Shown in pieces: positions 39,901 through 53,123 of a DNA stretch of 64,000 nt (position 1 is the first letter of the stretch; each line of letters starts with the position of its first letter). The stretch lies in NCBI GenBank assembly GCA_951406725.2, contig OX597827.1:31062001-31126000 (forward strand), written 5' to 3'. Both the position numbers and the translations under genes were made by a program. Source of the stretch: Octopus vulgaris (taxonomy: Eukaryota). The notes under the pieces were generated by a model. The model searched no databases. It had not been told where the DNA came from and saw only the letters and a program-made list of their open reading frames with translations.

Positions 39901-41510
39901 TATATGGATTGTCTATCAAGACTGATTTTGAAAAGTGTGGAACCATTTGAAGATGCTGTGATTGCTGCTTTGCAAGTGGAAAATGAAAATGAAAATGTTT
40001 TGTGTAACATCATTCATGAACTGCCAGTTACTTTACAAGACATAAAATTGAAATTGGAAAATGATAAATTTATTATAAAAATTGAAAGAAATATTGATGG
40101 CTAAAAGAGATAAAAATATGCATAACACAAATGCAAACCATTTCACACTGTGTGACAATGTGTTGATGAATGCACAAATAGTCGTAGTGCCAGCCACACT
40201 AAAAAAAGTGATTATTAAAGGAATTTCATATGGGTCACCAAAGGATTTCGAGAATGAAATCAATAATGAGAAGTTATGTATATTGGTCAACAAAGGACCG
40301 TGACACTGAAGAATCAGTGAAAGCATGCAGTGAGTGTGCCTTAGCTGCAAAATCACCTACCACTAAATGACAACCATGGCCAAAAATGGATGTTCCATGA
40401 GCCAGACTACATACTACATATGCAGGTCCACTTAAGGGTTCATATTACCTTGTCATGGTAGATAGTTTTTCAAAGTGGCTGGAAGTGCATGAATGTAAAA
40501 AGCTGACATCTGTGGTTACAATAAATTTTTTTACATGAATTGTTTACCAGGTATGGTATTCCTGATACCATTGTGTTGGGTAAAGAAACCCAGTTCACAT
40601 CAGATAAGTTCAGAAAATTTTGCCAAATATTCGTCATCAAACATGTCACCACTCTGCCTTACCACCCTAGGTCAAATAGACAAGTTGAGTGATTCGTTGA
40701 CATTTTTAAGAGGGCATTGAAAAAGGTGAACAATGAAGTGATGGACTATTTTGTACTCCAACAATTTCTAAGAATGTACCTAGCAACACCTAATCTAAAT
40801 ACAACATCAGGAATGTCACTTGCAGAATTAATATTTGCTAGAAAGGTCAGATCTGTCTTTAATAAGCTGATACTGAACAAAAATAAAGAAAAGGTGAGCA
40901 ATAAAAATACTTCAAAATTCTTCAAGTTAGATGACAAAGTTTTTTTAAAACCTATAGACATGGTAAAGAAAGCTGGGAGGACGGTGTAATAATTAAACAA
41001 ACTGGAAGAATGATATTCCTGGTAAAAGGAAAATATGTTGAATACAAAAGACATATTAGCCAACTAAAAAAAAAAGATTCACAGAAAAAACAGAAATGAA
41101 ATCCCAAAGGAAGTATTGTATGAAATGTTTGAAGTACCAACACTCAACAACTTAAAACTACACATTCTAGCACTAGAAAACGGGAAAGAACGGAAACACT
41201 GCAATTGAACCTTAAACGTAAGGGATATTAAAACTCGGAGTGGAGTTCAATTCTCAAAAGGGGAGAAGATAGGGGAGACTGAGTCTAAAAAGGGGAGATG
41301 TTGTGGAAGGATTCTAACCAAAAGTGAACTGAGACATTTCTATTAAATAGACAACTGTCAGGTTGTCAGCAGTTTGTATTGGTTAGTAGTTCACTGTGAG
41401 ACTTTGATATAGAGCATTGAGTCTTGTGTAATAGTAATAGTAGCACATTGTGCATATACTTTCTTCCCCTCTGCTTCATTATATTATATATCCACTACAA
41501 GGATCTAAAA
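36999..41510 (+). mobile_element. Degraded Ty3/Gypsy LTR retrotransposon with both LTRs
   Basis: LTRs 36999-37224 and 41299-41510 (TGTTGTGG..GGATCTAAAA), PBS-like TGGTGATGAG, PPT AAAAGGGGAGA. Poly-Q gag, CCHC CYKCGQIGHKKLPC, LDTGS protease, YLDD RT, SDAS RNase H, then integrase. Many stops and frameshifts. Confidence 0.93.
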
Positions 41511-41626
41511 GTATATATGTATGTATGTAACAGTGCTGGACCTATTTTTCTTGAAAGTGACATGTCTCTGGTAGTTTTAGGCCTGAAATTGTTAACTCTC
41601 TTGTCATATAAACATAACATAAATAC

Positions 41627-41792
41627 CTGTTTGTGAGGTGAGCTCTTTCTGCTGTTTTGTTTTGAAGATGGCTGCATGCACTTTAGTCTTCGAGACCGTT
41701 TCTCCTCTAACAGCCTCTGAAGAACATTTATTTCATCATCAAATATTTTAGAATGAGAGTCTTCTTTGATTGCCTCTTTTTGCTTCTGGCGC
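41627..41792 (-). CDS. CFAP99: Host gene exon ((R)RQKQKEAIKEDSHSKIFDDEINVLQRLLEEKRSRRLKC...PHKQ)
   Basis: TTTACAG acceptor and GTATTT donor. The phase-2 start matches the upstream exon end. Confidence 0.72.
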
Positions 41793-42111
41793 CTGTAAAC
41801 AAGGAACAGAAGATTGAAATGGAAGGAAACAATATGACAACAGCTTACCAAATAGTATGGCACCACAACAATTCCAAAGAATTTTGGTACAACAACAACA
41901 TCAGGAACATACTTGAAATCTTTAAGGAAATGTTGGGCTGTGATAATCATTCTTTTATCATCTCTTTTTGATTTTTGCACCAGTAAACAGGAAGTGGAGG
42001 AATGGAAGAAAAGAAAAAAACAACCTGAAGACAGGTGAGCTAATGGCATAGCATAATTGCTATTTCACAGATACCTGACTATATACAGACACACATATAT
42101 ATATATATACA

Positions 42112-42569
42112 CTAGCAGCTAAGCCTGGTTTCACCTGGTCGGTTTGAATGATGTGGCTGTAAAACCTGCTCTGTGTAAGCATTTGACTTGTTTGGGCATG
42201 CTTACGTTAAAACACAATTTTAGAATGACTTTTTTTCTGTCAAAATGCTAAAAATAACTGACCAACAAAAACAAATTAATCAACCAAGATTCAACCAAAT
42301 CAAAAAATCAACCCAAATACTAAGTAAACAAAGATGGACCATCCCACTTCCATTGTGCACGCAGATGCACACACACACGCACACACACATTCACATACCC
42401 CCTTTTACATACACACAGATATAGTCACACGGTTGAAATGCTATTTGATTTATTTTTTCAGCCTACAATTTTCATCCCACTACCAAGTATGACGTCACTC
42501 CTTCCTTCCTTATTCATCTATCACCCCTTCCTTTCTCATTCATAAACACAAGAGTATTATTATAGTAGA
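42112..42569 (-). mobile_element. Non-autonomous Helitron
   Basis: 5' TCTACTATAATAA, 3' hairpin and CTAG, between A and T. Confidence 0.7.
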
Positions 42570-42952
42570 TTATCTTGGTAAACATAGGAGCTATGAAAAA
42601 ATACAAAGCCCAGCATCACCACTGGATCATTCTACACATCTGTGTAATTTTTTACCCAATTCCACCCAGCTTTGACTGAATCCCAAGACAAGAAAGAATC
42701 GCCCATGTCAAATTTATATGTATACATATACATACAAGTGGGGTACTGAAAAGTTCCTGGCTTTGGTTAAAAGAAAATACAGGAGAATCAATTAATTATG
42801 ATTTTATTCAACAAATTCCCCTCTCAGATTCATACACGGTCCTTCAGTTTTTCTAATCTCTGTAAAAGAACTCATAAGGTTGGGCCTCCAACCAGGCCTT
42901 TCTCAATACCTTTAGAGCCAGAAACTTTTCAGTATTCCCTCATGTGTGTATG

Positions 42953-43015
<63 letters not shown>

Positions 43016-44130
43016 ATTTACTTGCTACAACTTTTTTTATTCCTATACACTTTTAAGAATGTAGATGAAAATTTACTGATGTGATTCCTTTTTGCATCCA
43101 TAAATTTTCATCTACGTTCTTAAAAGTGTATAGGAATAAAAAAAGTTGTAGCAAGTAAATAATTTAGCTCTTACAGTCGAGGTTGAATTTAATTTAATAC
43201 AGCCATTTATATAGTTGAAACTGTCGAGGTTGAATTTAATTTAATACAGCCATTTATATAGTTAATATATAGATGTAGTTTTTTAAAAAATTTTTATATA
43301 TATATATTTTTTTATAGGTAGCACGGTATGATTTTTAGGCTAGATATAGATCACATTTTTTTTTTTTTTTAATTTTGAATATTTGGGCTGGTCTGAGCAT
43401 GACTTTTTAAATAAGAAACCATGCAATATTGTGTTAGGTTTGGATAAGGAGGTCTCGCCCTGGTACATGATGTGTGTTTCTTTATTTTACCCCTGATGAA
43501 GGAGTAATTATCGTGATGCCCCCTCGTGCACTAAATACAGTGATGAACCCCTGAAATGGCCAATGTAAATATGGTTTCTTCTTTATTTTGCTTGGACACT
43601 GGCTTTTAACAATAGGTTTCCCTTATCTTGAAAAGTAATTTTTAATCGAAAAAATTTCTAAACGATGAACTTTTATCTTACCTTATATATTATTTATTTA
43701 TATGCTTCCTACATATATGTATTTTTATATATTTTTATATATCTATATACGTATATATTTCTTTATATTTTTATGTATTTATTATTCTAGGTGTTGTAAT
43801 GTTAAAAAAAAAATTTTTTTTAGTCGCTAAAGTATTAATCATTAACTTTTAAACTTGATAGACTGTATTCACACATTTTTCTTATATTTTTCTTATATGC
43901 TTGTACTGATGAGTTGTGTTTCATCTTCCGTGATGTTATACATGTATATTCTATGTGAAAGAAAAAGCATTATGTGATTAAATGCTCAAGATATGAAATG
44001 TTACATAGATGATTTTATATTTGTTTGTTCTGCAACCATAGTTTATATATTTGCTCATTTAATTGAGCACTTCTATAGCAGTCCTATTAAACATTTTGTT
44101 CCTGATAAGAAACAATCACTTTATTACTGA
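43016..44130 (+). mobile_element. Old PLE pLTR-like region beginning with a fold-back (43016-43160)
   Basis: 60-bp inverted arms, decayed CTGATGA..GAAA motifs at about 43487-43569 and 43902-44005, TA-flanked. Confidence 0.5.
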
Positions 44131-44193
44131 TATATATACACATATATATAACACCTACATACCCTCCCCTCATGTGCGCTCATGTGTTTGAAA

Positions 44194-44256
<63 letters not shown>

Positions 44257-44263
44257 CACTAAC

Positions 44264-44343
44264 CTCAGAGATGTCATTTGGGATTTTTCATTACGATGCT
44301 TCAGTATAACATCTAATGTGTCTGAAACTAATTCTTGTGATGC
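44264..44343 (-). CDS. CFAP99: Host gene exon (ASQELVSDTLDVILKHRNEKSQMTSL(R))
   Basis: TTTTCAG acceptor, GTTAGT donor, phase 0 to 2. It bridges the neighbouring exons in frame. Confidence 0.78.
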
Positions 44344-44357
44344 CTGAAAATAACAGA

Positions 44358-44385
<28 letters not shown>

Positions 44386-44388
<3 letters not shown>

Positions 44389-44942
44389 GCCCTGATGCAG
44401 TACCAGGCAGTGGCTCTCATGGCTTCTGATCTTAACTGATTGGAAGTGTTATCATGTACATTGTTTTGTCTTGGTATAAAAGATGGGCTACAGCAAATAT
44501 TCTGCTCAATACCACAGATTTGCTTGTCAGTTGTTTGACCTTAACCAGTTGAGCATGTCCCTTAGTGGCTGACAATATGTGCATCTCTGATCACGAGCGG
44601 AAGTAGTGGGGGAGCATCATAGCCATGTGTTGAGAGGGATTCTATGGAGTTTGAATAATTCACCTCTGGAAACATAGGTGTTTCATTCAACATCCATAAA
44701 CAACCCTTATTCAAGGACCTTTTGAGCGGGATAGGTTACTCGACCAGAAGAAAATTCTAACTGGGCCCCACCTGCAAGGTCATGTGCTGTTTATCTTCAT
44801 ATGAGATCACCATGTCGCACACATATGGTTGTGATGCATGTGCCTGGTGTACCCTTATCAGACGGGTAGTCATGATGGGTATATTGGGCTTCGTATATTT
44901 TACTCCAGTGTCACTTTGATGGCATGCACTGCTCTCTCACTC

Positions 44943-44943
<1 letters not shown>
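44386..44943. mobile_element. About 560-bp non-coding element flanked by (TAA)n
   Basis: Higher GC, sharp boundaries in TAA repeats, no credible ORF. Confidence 0.55.
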
Positions 44944-45001
<58 letters not shown>

Positions 45002-45018
45002 TAATAATAATAATAATA

Positions 45019-45844
45019 AACTAAACTAAACGCAAAAGAAATAGACAAAGAAAAATCCCAGCAATGGTTGAGAAGCTCAGGACTCAAAGCAGAAACAGAG
45101 GGATTTTTAATTGCAGCACAAGACCAAAGCCTCCCCACCAGAAATTACCAAAAACATGTAATGAAAAAAAATATTACAAGTAACTGCAGAATATGTGGAG
45201 ATGGACAAGAAACAATAAATCATATTATCTCTAGCTGCCCAGTCCTGGCTAAGAAGGAATATATTCACAGACATGACAGAGTTGGAACCTACATACATTG
45301 GAAGCTATGTCAACATTATGGAATAACAACAGAAAAAAGATGGTATAGGCACACACCAGAAAAGGTCACAGAAAACGAGGAAGCAACCATACTCTGGGAT
45401 ATGCACAGATAGAGAAATTAAGGCCAACAGACCAGATATAGTTGTCAGAGATCATGAAGAAAAAAAATGCTTTCTAATTGATGTATCAATACCGGCAGAT
45501 GACAACGTGTCTCTAAAAGAAATGGAGAAACTCTCAAAATACAAAGACCTGGAAATAGAGGTAACTAGAATGTGGAATCTGAAAACAGAAACAATTCCTA
45601 TCATAGTAGGTGCATTAGGCATGATAAAAAAATATTCAGACAAATACATAACAAAAACACCAGGACTTACAAACACATATAACATACAGAAAATTGCACT
45701 ACTAGGCACTGCACACATCCTACGCAGAACACTTTCCATACAATAACCATCAGAGCATCACAACAAATCACAGCACATACCCAAGGCACACAGAGCTGCG
45801 CTCGGTAGTGAAGTGAAAGCACGCTATAAAAATAAAACTACTGA
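45019..45844 (+). mobile_element. 5'-truncated R4/Dong-like non-LTR retrotransposon (restriction-like endonuclease) in (TAA)n
   Basis: ETEGFLIAAQDQ, CRICG..ETINHIISSC, RHDRV, RPDIV..LIDVSIP, KYKDL, PIIVGALG. One frameshift near 45405. Confidence 0.88.
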
Positions 45845-45908
45845 ATAATGATAATAATAATAATAATAATCATAATAATAATAATAATAATTAATAATAA
45901 TAATAATT

Positions 45909-45942
<34 letters not shown>

Positions 45943-46109
45943 CCACCACCATCACCATCATCATCGTTCATCGTTGGTGTTATTATCATTATTGTTAGTG
46001 GTTGGCATCCAGCTATAGACACCATGCCCTGGTGCAGCCTTCCAGTCAAACTGTCCAATCCATGCCACTATGGACAACAGATGTTAAATGATGATGATGA
46101 TGATGATGA

Positions 46110-46141
<32 letters not shown>

Positions 46142-46362
46142 TTTAAAACAGTGAGGTGACAGAACCATTAGAATGGTAATCAGACAAAATGCTTAGTGCC
46201 ATTTCTTCAGGCTCTTCATATTCTGAGCTGAAATACTGCTGTGGTCAACTTTGCCTTTCATCCTTCAGTGGTCAATGAAATAAGTACCATTGGAGGTGAT
46301 GTAATCGACTACGACCCTCCCACAAACGTTCTGGCCTTGTGCCTTTGGTAGAAAGGATTATT

Positions 46363-46905
46363 ATTACCTCTGCCTTAGTGAAGGTGGAGTTATTGTTTTC
46401 AGTTGTGTTTGTTTGTTGGTTTCTCCATGGACAAGATATCTCAAGAGCTGCCGGATGGATTTGGATGTTTGGCTTCGTGACTAGCATGAACTTATCAGAT
46501 TTTGGGATCAATCCGGTGACAAGGATTCTGGATTATTTTTCCTGTTTTTTTTTACTTAATTTTTGAGAGCAGTCAGATTCATTTTTAGTATTCTCATTTG
46601 TGAGAGCAGTTGAGTTTATTTTAGATATTCTCATTATAAAAATCATCTCTGGCTAATCGTTGAGAGGACGTTGGTGTTGCCTTGGCAAAGGTTTGCACTC
46701 TCTGAGTGCTGTTTCAGATCTTCTCATTCTAAAAATCATCTCTGGCTAATGATTGAGAGGACATTGGTGTTGCCTTGGTGGAGGTTTGCGCTCTCTGAAT
46801 CCTCTTGCTTCAGATATTCTTTTTTAAAAATCATCCCTGGCTAATTGTTGAGAGGATGTTGAGAGTATTGCCTTGGTGGAGGTTTTCACTCTCTGAGTCC
46901 TCTTA
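46363..46905 (+). mobile_element. Helentron/HINE-like element with triplicated about 75-bp 3' module
   Basis: Starts TTACCTCTGCC. CTTGGTGGAGGTTTGCGCTCTCTGAGT-containing units are repeated three times. Confidence 0.5.
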
Positions 46906-47251
46906 TTATTATTATCACTATCACTGTATTTTCCACCATTACAAACTGACATAGTTTGTGATGTAAACATTCAAACACCATCATTATCTTTCTAAATCCT
47001 ACAGCATTTTGCAAGGAATTTTTAATCCCTCAAAGGTGTTTTAATGTATATTTGTTTATTTGCTCCAGTCATTTGACTGTGGCCATGCTGGAGCACTGCC
47101 TTGTAGTTCAACAAATCTACCACAGGAATTCTCCTTTGTAAGCTTGGCACTTATTCTATCAGCCTCTTTTGCTAAACTGCTAAGTTATGGGGACAGAATC
47201 ACACCGACATTGGTTGCCAAGAAATGATGGGGGGACTAACACAGACACAAA

Positions 47252-47285
<34 letters not shown>

Positions 47286-48224
47286 TATATTAAAATACAC
47301 ACATATACGACAGGCTTTTTTAAGTTTCCAGCTACCAAATCCACTCACAAGGATTTGGTTGGCCTGAGACTATAGTAGAAGACACTTGCCTAAGGTGCTA
47401 CCCAGTAGGACTGAACCTAGAACCATGTGGCTGGGAAGCAAGCTTCTTACCACACAGCCACGCCTCTATTTTTCTTTTCTGGTGGGGTTATAAATTCAAC
47501 TTGTATGCAAGAAAATTCAGTATGAAGGTAGTGAGCTGGCAGAATCATTTGCATATTGGACAAAATGCTAATCAGCATCTCTTTCAACTCTTTACATTTT
47601 GAGTTCAAATACTGCTGAAGTTGACTTGGCCTTTTGTTCATTTGTGGGTGGCTGAAATAAAGTACCAGTCAAGTACTGAAACTTATTCCAAAATTTGAAG
47701 CTATCCTCCTCTTCAACATCATCATTATCATCATCGTCATCATCATCAACATCGTCATCACATCATCACTATCATTGTTATTGTCATCGTCATTGTCATC
47801 ATCATCACCACCATCATCATCATCATCATCATCATCAATACCTTGCTGCAGTGCCATCTCTGTTGAGTTGGTCACCTATGACATATATAGAGATTTATCA
47901 TCTCGTGTTTGTGATGGAAGGAAGGACCATGGCATGAAGTCACACAATGAACAAAAAAATTTCAGCCATATTTCCATAAATAACAGCTTAGAGTCTTTAA
48001 AAATGAGTGAAAATTGTGGAAAAAATAATCATGAATATAAATAATATGGGAGAAAAGGAAAGATGTGGTTGGCATGACTGAACAATGTCAGTTCATCAGA
48101 GAAGTATAAGCAAAAACACACCCTGCCATACGTACATAAATACATTCAGATAGACAGACGATAAATAGATAGATAAACAGTCAGGTAGATAGGTGGATGG
48201 ATGGATGGAAGGATGGGTAGATAT

Positions 48225-48257
<33 letters not shown>

Positions 48258-48264
48258 AGTACAT

Positions 48265-49560
48265 ACAGGAGTTGCGCAAAATAACAAAAACTCATTGTTA
48301 AATGGAAGTTTTATCATTTAATCTAAAGTTGGTCTACTTTTGGTTTCAATTACACGTTTAATATGATGAAGAATTGACTCATAAAGATTCTGAATGGTTA
48401 TTTGGGGAAAATTTGGGCCATTCTTCAAGTGAAATTCATTTTAATGCTTTCAGTAACAATGGTGGAGGACAGAAGCTCCTCATGCTGTGCCTAAATGCAT
48501 CCTAAAGGATCAATTATATTGATAGCCAGTGACCGCATGGATCAATCCAAGTGGTCTGCTTCACTTTTGTGCTCTGTGGACCAATTCTGAATAACATTAA
48601 CCAAGTGAATCAGAGCACTTCCATCAAGAAACAATGTTTGTACCATAAGATGGACATGATCAACCATAATACTCAGATAATCCTTGGCATTAACTCTTAT
48701 TTCTTTACTGGCCCACAAGGGGCTACTCACAGAGGGGACAAACAAGGACAGACAAACGGATTAAGTTGATTATATCGACCCCAGTGCGTAACTGGTACTT
48801 ATTTAATCGACCCTGAAAGGATGAAAGGCAAAGTCGACCTCGGTGGAATTTGAACTGAGAACGTAGTGGCAGACGAAATACTGCTAAGAATTTCGCCCGG
48901 CATGCTAACGTTTCTGCCAGATCGCCTTGGCATTAACTCTACCAGTAGAACAACTGAAGAGCTTAGAGAATTCCATGATATGACTGCCAGAACCATCACA
49001 GAGTCAACTTCTTGGTTCCAAACAGGGATGGTTTCCTTGGAATGTCTCCAGGCATAAGCTCATTCCAAAATGGGGAAAAGAATGAATGATGATTCAACAG
49101 AGAAGATGGCATTGTTCCATTGAGTCATTGACCACTTTTGATAGTCTGGACACCATTTATTTTACTGTTCACCAAAGTTGAAGGGGACAGAAGGGGCTTA
49201 ACAAAAGCATCCCTCACATGGTATCAAGCTTTGTGGAGCCCATGATGAATGGTTTTAGTGGGCACAGGGCTGGCAAAGTGGGGTCTTATCATCGATCCCA
49301 CTTTTGTTGCAGTTCGATGGTTTTTAGATACAATGCATTTCATTATTTTGTGGTTTTTCTCTCTGAAGTTTGACTTCCATCCAGAATTACGGCTGCCAGA
49401 GATGGTTTTATCTTGGTTCTGGAATGTCAACAACACAGTTCTAGGAACTATACCTCTTGAGATATTGAAAAATTCAGTAATATCAGCAGGTGAAACTCTG
49501 ACTGCTGATGTACCAACAATTTTTTCTCTTGGAAAATCAAATAGGTCGTATACTATAACT
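48265..49560 (-). mobile_element. Degraded Tc1-like transposon with nested SINE (48698-48924)
   Basis: Tc1-like remnants (VLAVISWNS.., NAKDYLSIMVDHV). The SINE is bounded by a 16-bp TSD CCTTGGCATTAACTCT at 48682-48697 and 48925-48940. Confidence 0.65.
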
Positions 49561-49699
49561 TTTTAAAATATAAATATTAGACCCACCTCCACAAAAATAA
49601 AAAAAAAATAGAGGCCATATAAAGAAGCACAAGACATACATACAAATATATATAAAGACTGGAAAAGCTGTAAGTTTGTTATATTGCCAAAGAAAAATA

Positions 49700-49922
49700 C
49701 AGTAAGCCTTTGACTATCACAGGTGTTACGTTCCAAAACCATCCCGTGATAGGTGAAAATCTACAAAGTAGAAACAGTACTGTCCTGTATATTTTTTTAA
49801 TTATTTTTATAATTTGTATATATTTATTTTATTATAAAGGCAAAACAACACCATGAAGGAATCGACGTAAGCTTAAATAATAAACCACAATATGTGAACT
49901 GTGATATGGAGAAGGATTACTG
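49700..49922. mobile_element. Tigger/pogo-like MITE
   Basis: TA-CAGTAAGCCTT...AAGGATTACTG-TA. Confidence 0.6.
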
Positions 49923-50139
49923 TAGTAGAATTAAAAATGGTTTCTGTTAATTTAATGTTATTTCGTCATTGTATTTACTGTGGTGATATTTTAACCATAT
50001 CACACATGGAATTAAGAAGCAGGCATTTTAAACTGGTCATGATGCATATGTGCATATATATGTATGTATACGTTCGTATATGTATGTATTCGTATGTTGT
50101 GTTTATATATATATGTATTTATGTTTCTCTCTGCATATA

Positions 50140-50196
50140 TTCCACTGATGAGGCAAAGCATTTCTAAATGCAAAGCCAGAAATCTGGGATCTGGAA
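50140..50196 (+). ncRNA. Type I hammerhead, predicted cleavage after 50191 (AUC)
   Basis: TTCCA-CTGATGA-GGC-AAA-GCATTT-CT-AAATGC-AAA-GCC-A-GAAA-TCTGGGA-TC-TGGAA, followed by the GGCTGCTATTTC tail. Confidence 0.75.
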
Positions 50197-51135
50197 TTAT
50201 CCAGTAATTTTTTACTAGTTTTATTTTGTCTTTTTGTCTTCTCTCCTAGTGCTATGTGAACACTTAAGGTGGTTTTAGAGTCAATTCATGGCTGCTATTT
50301 CCAGCATGGCAGTATCTTGTAGATACCCTAAGTTATAATTTTAATAATAAATATTAACTTTGAAGGTCTTTATTTCCATGCTGGCCACTTGATAAGATCA
50401 TTATTTAATTTAAATTAATGATCTTATCCTTTTATAGGAGGAATTACAACCGTGTTTCATGGTCTGCTACCACAACAGCTCCTTTATAGGATCCAGTTAG
50501 CTCAAGACATCATCAGGAGGAACCATGTCCGGTTTTGGCCCCTACTCCTTTACCGTTTTGACGTGGCGAGGCCTCCCCTTTCGGAGGTGTCTTCAGCTCT
50601 GGTGTTGGGTGCATGTCTTCTTTCTTCTGTTCCCTGGCCTCTTCGATGTATTGTCAGCGATTGTCAGCCGGTGACTGACTGACTTGTCAAATTTTTCCCT
50701 TTAAATACCTGCCGCTAGGTTCCAGCAGGCAGCCCCAGCAAGTTGTCATGTGACACTGCCTCACCTTAACTGACTAGTGAAAGTGCATAGTTTTAGCCTG
50801 CGCATTCTCTAAGTGACTGTCACCTGTCAATCAGCGAAGCTGATTCAGTGTCAGCTTGTCTCACTAAGTGATATTATTTCCCGCCGGCATGGTATGACTT
50901 TAAATCATCATCATCATCATTTCATGTCTGTTGTCCATGCTGGCATGGGTTGGACAGTTTGACCAGAGTTGGCAAGCTGAGGAGCTGCACCAAGCTCCAG
51001 TCTAATTTGGTATGTTTTCTACAACTGGATGCCCTTCCTGGCATCAACTGCTTTACAGAGTGTTCTGGGTGCTTTTATGTGGCACCACATGGGCACATAC
51101 ATAGAAGCATATGTGTGTGTGTGTGTATGTTCATG

Positions 51136-51205
51136 GACATAGGGTGTAGTGGTTAAGAGCACGGGCTACTAACCCCAAGACTCTGAGTTCGATTCCAGGC
51201 AGTGA

Positions 51206-51255
<50 letters not shown>

Positions 51256-51400
51256 TAGAAAAAATACCTTAGGAATGAGAATCTAGGTTCGAAATTTCTC
51301 TAAGACACCTGACGTTTGTTAACAACAAACAAGATGAGGACAAATATCCGTCAAATGTAAATAATGTACATATTTCCTCATCTTTTAAATATAGAACTGT
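51136..51400 (+). mobile_element. tRNA-headed SINE family C, hammerhead internally deleted
   Basis: A box GGTGTAGTGG, anticodon-like loop CTACTAA, B box GTTCGATTCC, (TAA)n. Same body and tail as the 34612 copy, but GACACCTGA is joined directly to CGTT. Confidence 0.85.
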
Positions 51401-51520
51401 AGTGTATTATCGAGTTCTTTAATAGAACTTAGTCGATCAATCACCAGTATCACTCAACATGACTCAGCATTACTCAACACTCAAAGTACCACCAATTTAT
51501 TTCCCCAATCAAATGCTTAC

Positions 51521-51604
51521 CTGTTTAGACAATAAAATTTCATAGCGTTTCTTTTCTTGGTCCTCTTGCTCCCACCTTTTCATAACTGCCAATCTCTCTT
51601 GTAG
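51521..51604 (-). CDS. CFAP99: Host gene exon (LQERLAVMKRWEQEDQEKKRYEILLSKQ)
   Basis: TTCTGTAG acceptor, GTAAGC donor, phase 0-0. Continues EMSLAE-LQERL. Confidence 0.85.
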
Positions 51605-52607
51605 CTACAGAAGAAACAAATAGGGAACATTTTTGGTAAAACAAACAATGAAAAGACATAAAAATAAAAAAAAAAATATAAACTCACCACAGAATCAACC
51701 AAACAAATTTTATTTCTATAAAAAGATAATGAAGGTTGCATGGAAATATTTTCAAAGAAACACTTCTTAAGAATTTTACCATCATCATCCATGAATACAC
51801 ATTTGAGAGTGATCTTGGTATAATATGGATGAAAATGTCAAGAACTTTTTGTAGTCATATGTTCAAAAAAAAAAAAAAGAAAAAATTAACAAAAAATACA
51901 ATCTGTCTCAAAATAACCAAGAATTACTGAGACGTTTTAAGTGAAATAACAATAAAAGTGAAATGTTTATTGGAATCTAATATTGCATTTCATGTGATAA
52001 TGGTATTTCTAGTTGTCATTGTTGGCGTTGTTGCCATTGTTGTTGTTGTCATTGTCATTGTCATCATCATCATCATCATCTTCATTACCATCATTATCAT
52101 CTTCATCATCACTATCACCATCATCACCTTCAGCGTCATCACCAGCGTCATCGTCATCATCATTGTCATCATCATTGTCATCACCACCACCATCACTTTC
52201 ATCACCTTCACTGCCACCACCACCATCTTCATCATATTCATCACCTTCACCACCACCACCACTAGTTTTTTAACCCCAGGTCAGCATCAATTGGGAAGAC
52301 CTATGGTCAAGGGAATTCCAACCATGACCATCTTGTTTCATGGCTGGAGTGTTTTTGATAATCAAGATAGATCAGAGGGTTGAATAACAGCAGCCCCACC
52401 ACTGTTGAAGCTGTAACTGTTATTGTGATTTGGGTCTTGGATTCAGCGAAGAAGAAAAGAACTCCAAGCTCATTTACTTAGATAAGAATTATATTATAAA
52501 ACAATTGCAGCGTTTATAAGCCATTTAAGAAACACGCAAATATAATTTGTCAAAATATTTTTGTTGCTTTGAGACCGCGACCTGTTCACTGTGATGCAGC
52601 ATGGAAT

Positions 52608-52658
52608 TTTGTCAGTGAACAGGTCACGGTCTCAAAGCGATGAAAATATTTTGGCAAA
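52608..52658 (+). ncRNA. Second-locus G3/C8 hammerhead variant in fold-back 52501-52792
   Basis: TTTGTCA-GTGAACA-G-GTCAC-GGTCTCAAA-GCGAT-GAAA-ATAT-TT-TGGCAAA. Confidence 0.6.
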
Positions 52659-53087
52659 TTAAATTTAAATGTTGAAGTGAATTTAACAGTTTTTGTGTGT
52701 TTTTAAATGGTTTATAAACACCTTCTATGCTGCAATTGTTTTTGTTCCAGCACATGATCTCAGATCAGGTCACTTGCTATGCAAGTACATTTCAGTTATC
52801 TGTATATATATAAGGCAGGATGTGTGTGTGTGTACGTGATTGTAGTTTATGCACATTCACAAATTAGCCCGCATGTCGCTCAAATTTTAGGAGGACATTC
52901 GTCATGACCCTAGCCATATTTTCGTCAAATTATTTTCCCCCAAGGCACCCACGAATAGTGGTAAATAATTTTGAGCCATAACTTCAATTTTCACGGTGGA
53001 GAAATCCACTGTAGTGACGCCATTATTGCTGACAAAACATGAGTTAAGTCCCCTTCTAGCGACGGTGTAAAGAGAGGAAGGGAGAGG

Positions 53088-53123
<36 letters not shown>

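Noticed and set aside
43487-44005. Two further active hammerheads
   Set aside because: CTGATGA and GAAA are present, but the stems or cleavage triplets are broken. They are counted only as relics.
47849-47882. Possible host exon (AG|GT GAC CAA...GCA AG|GT)
   Set aside because: It would need a phase-1 start. The exon at 44343-44264 already bridges the neighbours in frame and fits better.
51136-51210. Functional tRNA-Ser gene (also tRNA-like heads at 32079, 32870 and 57774)
   Set aside because: No paired acceptor stem or long variable arm, and each continues into a repeated SINE body.
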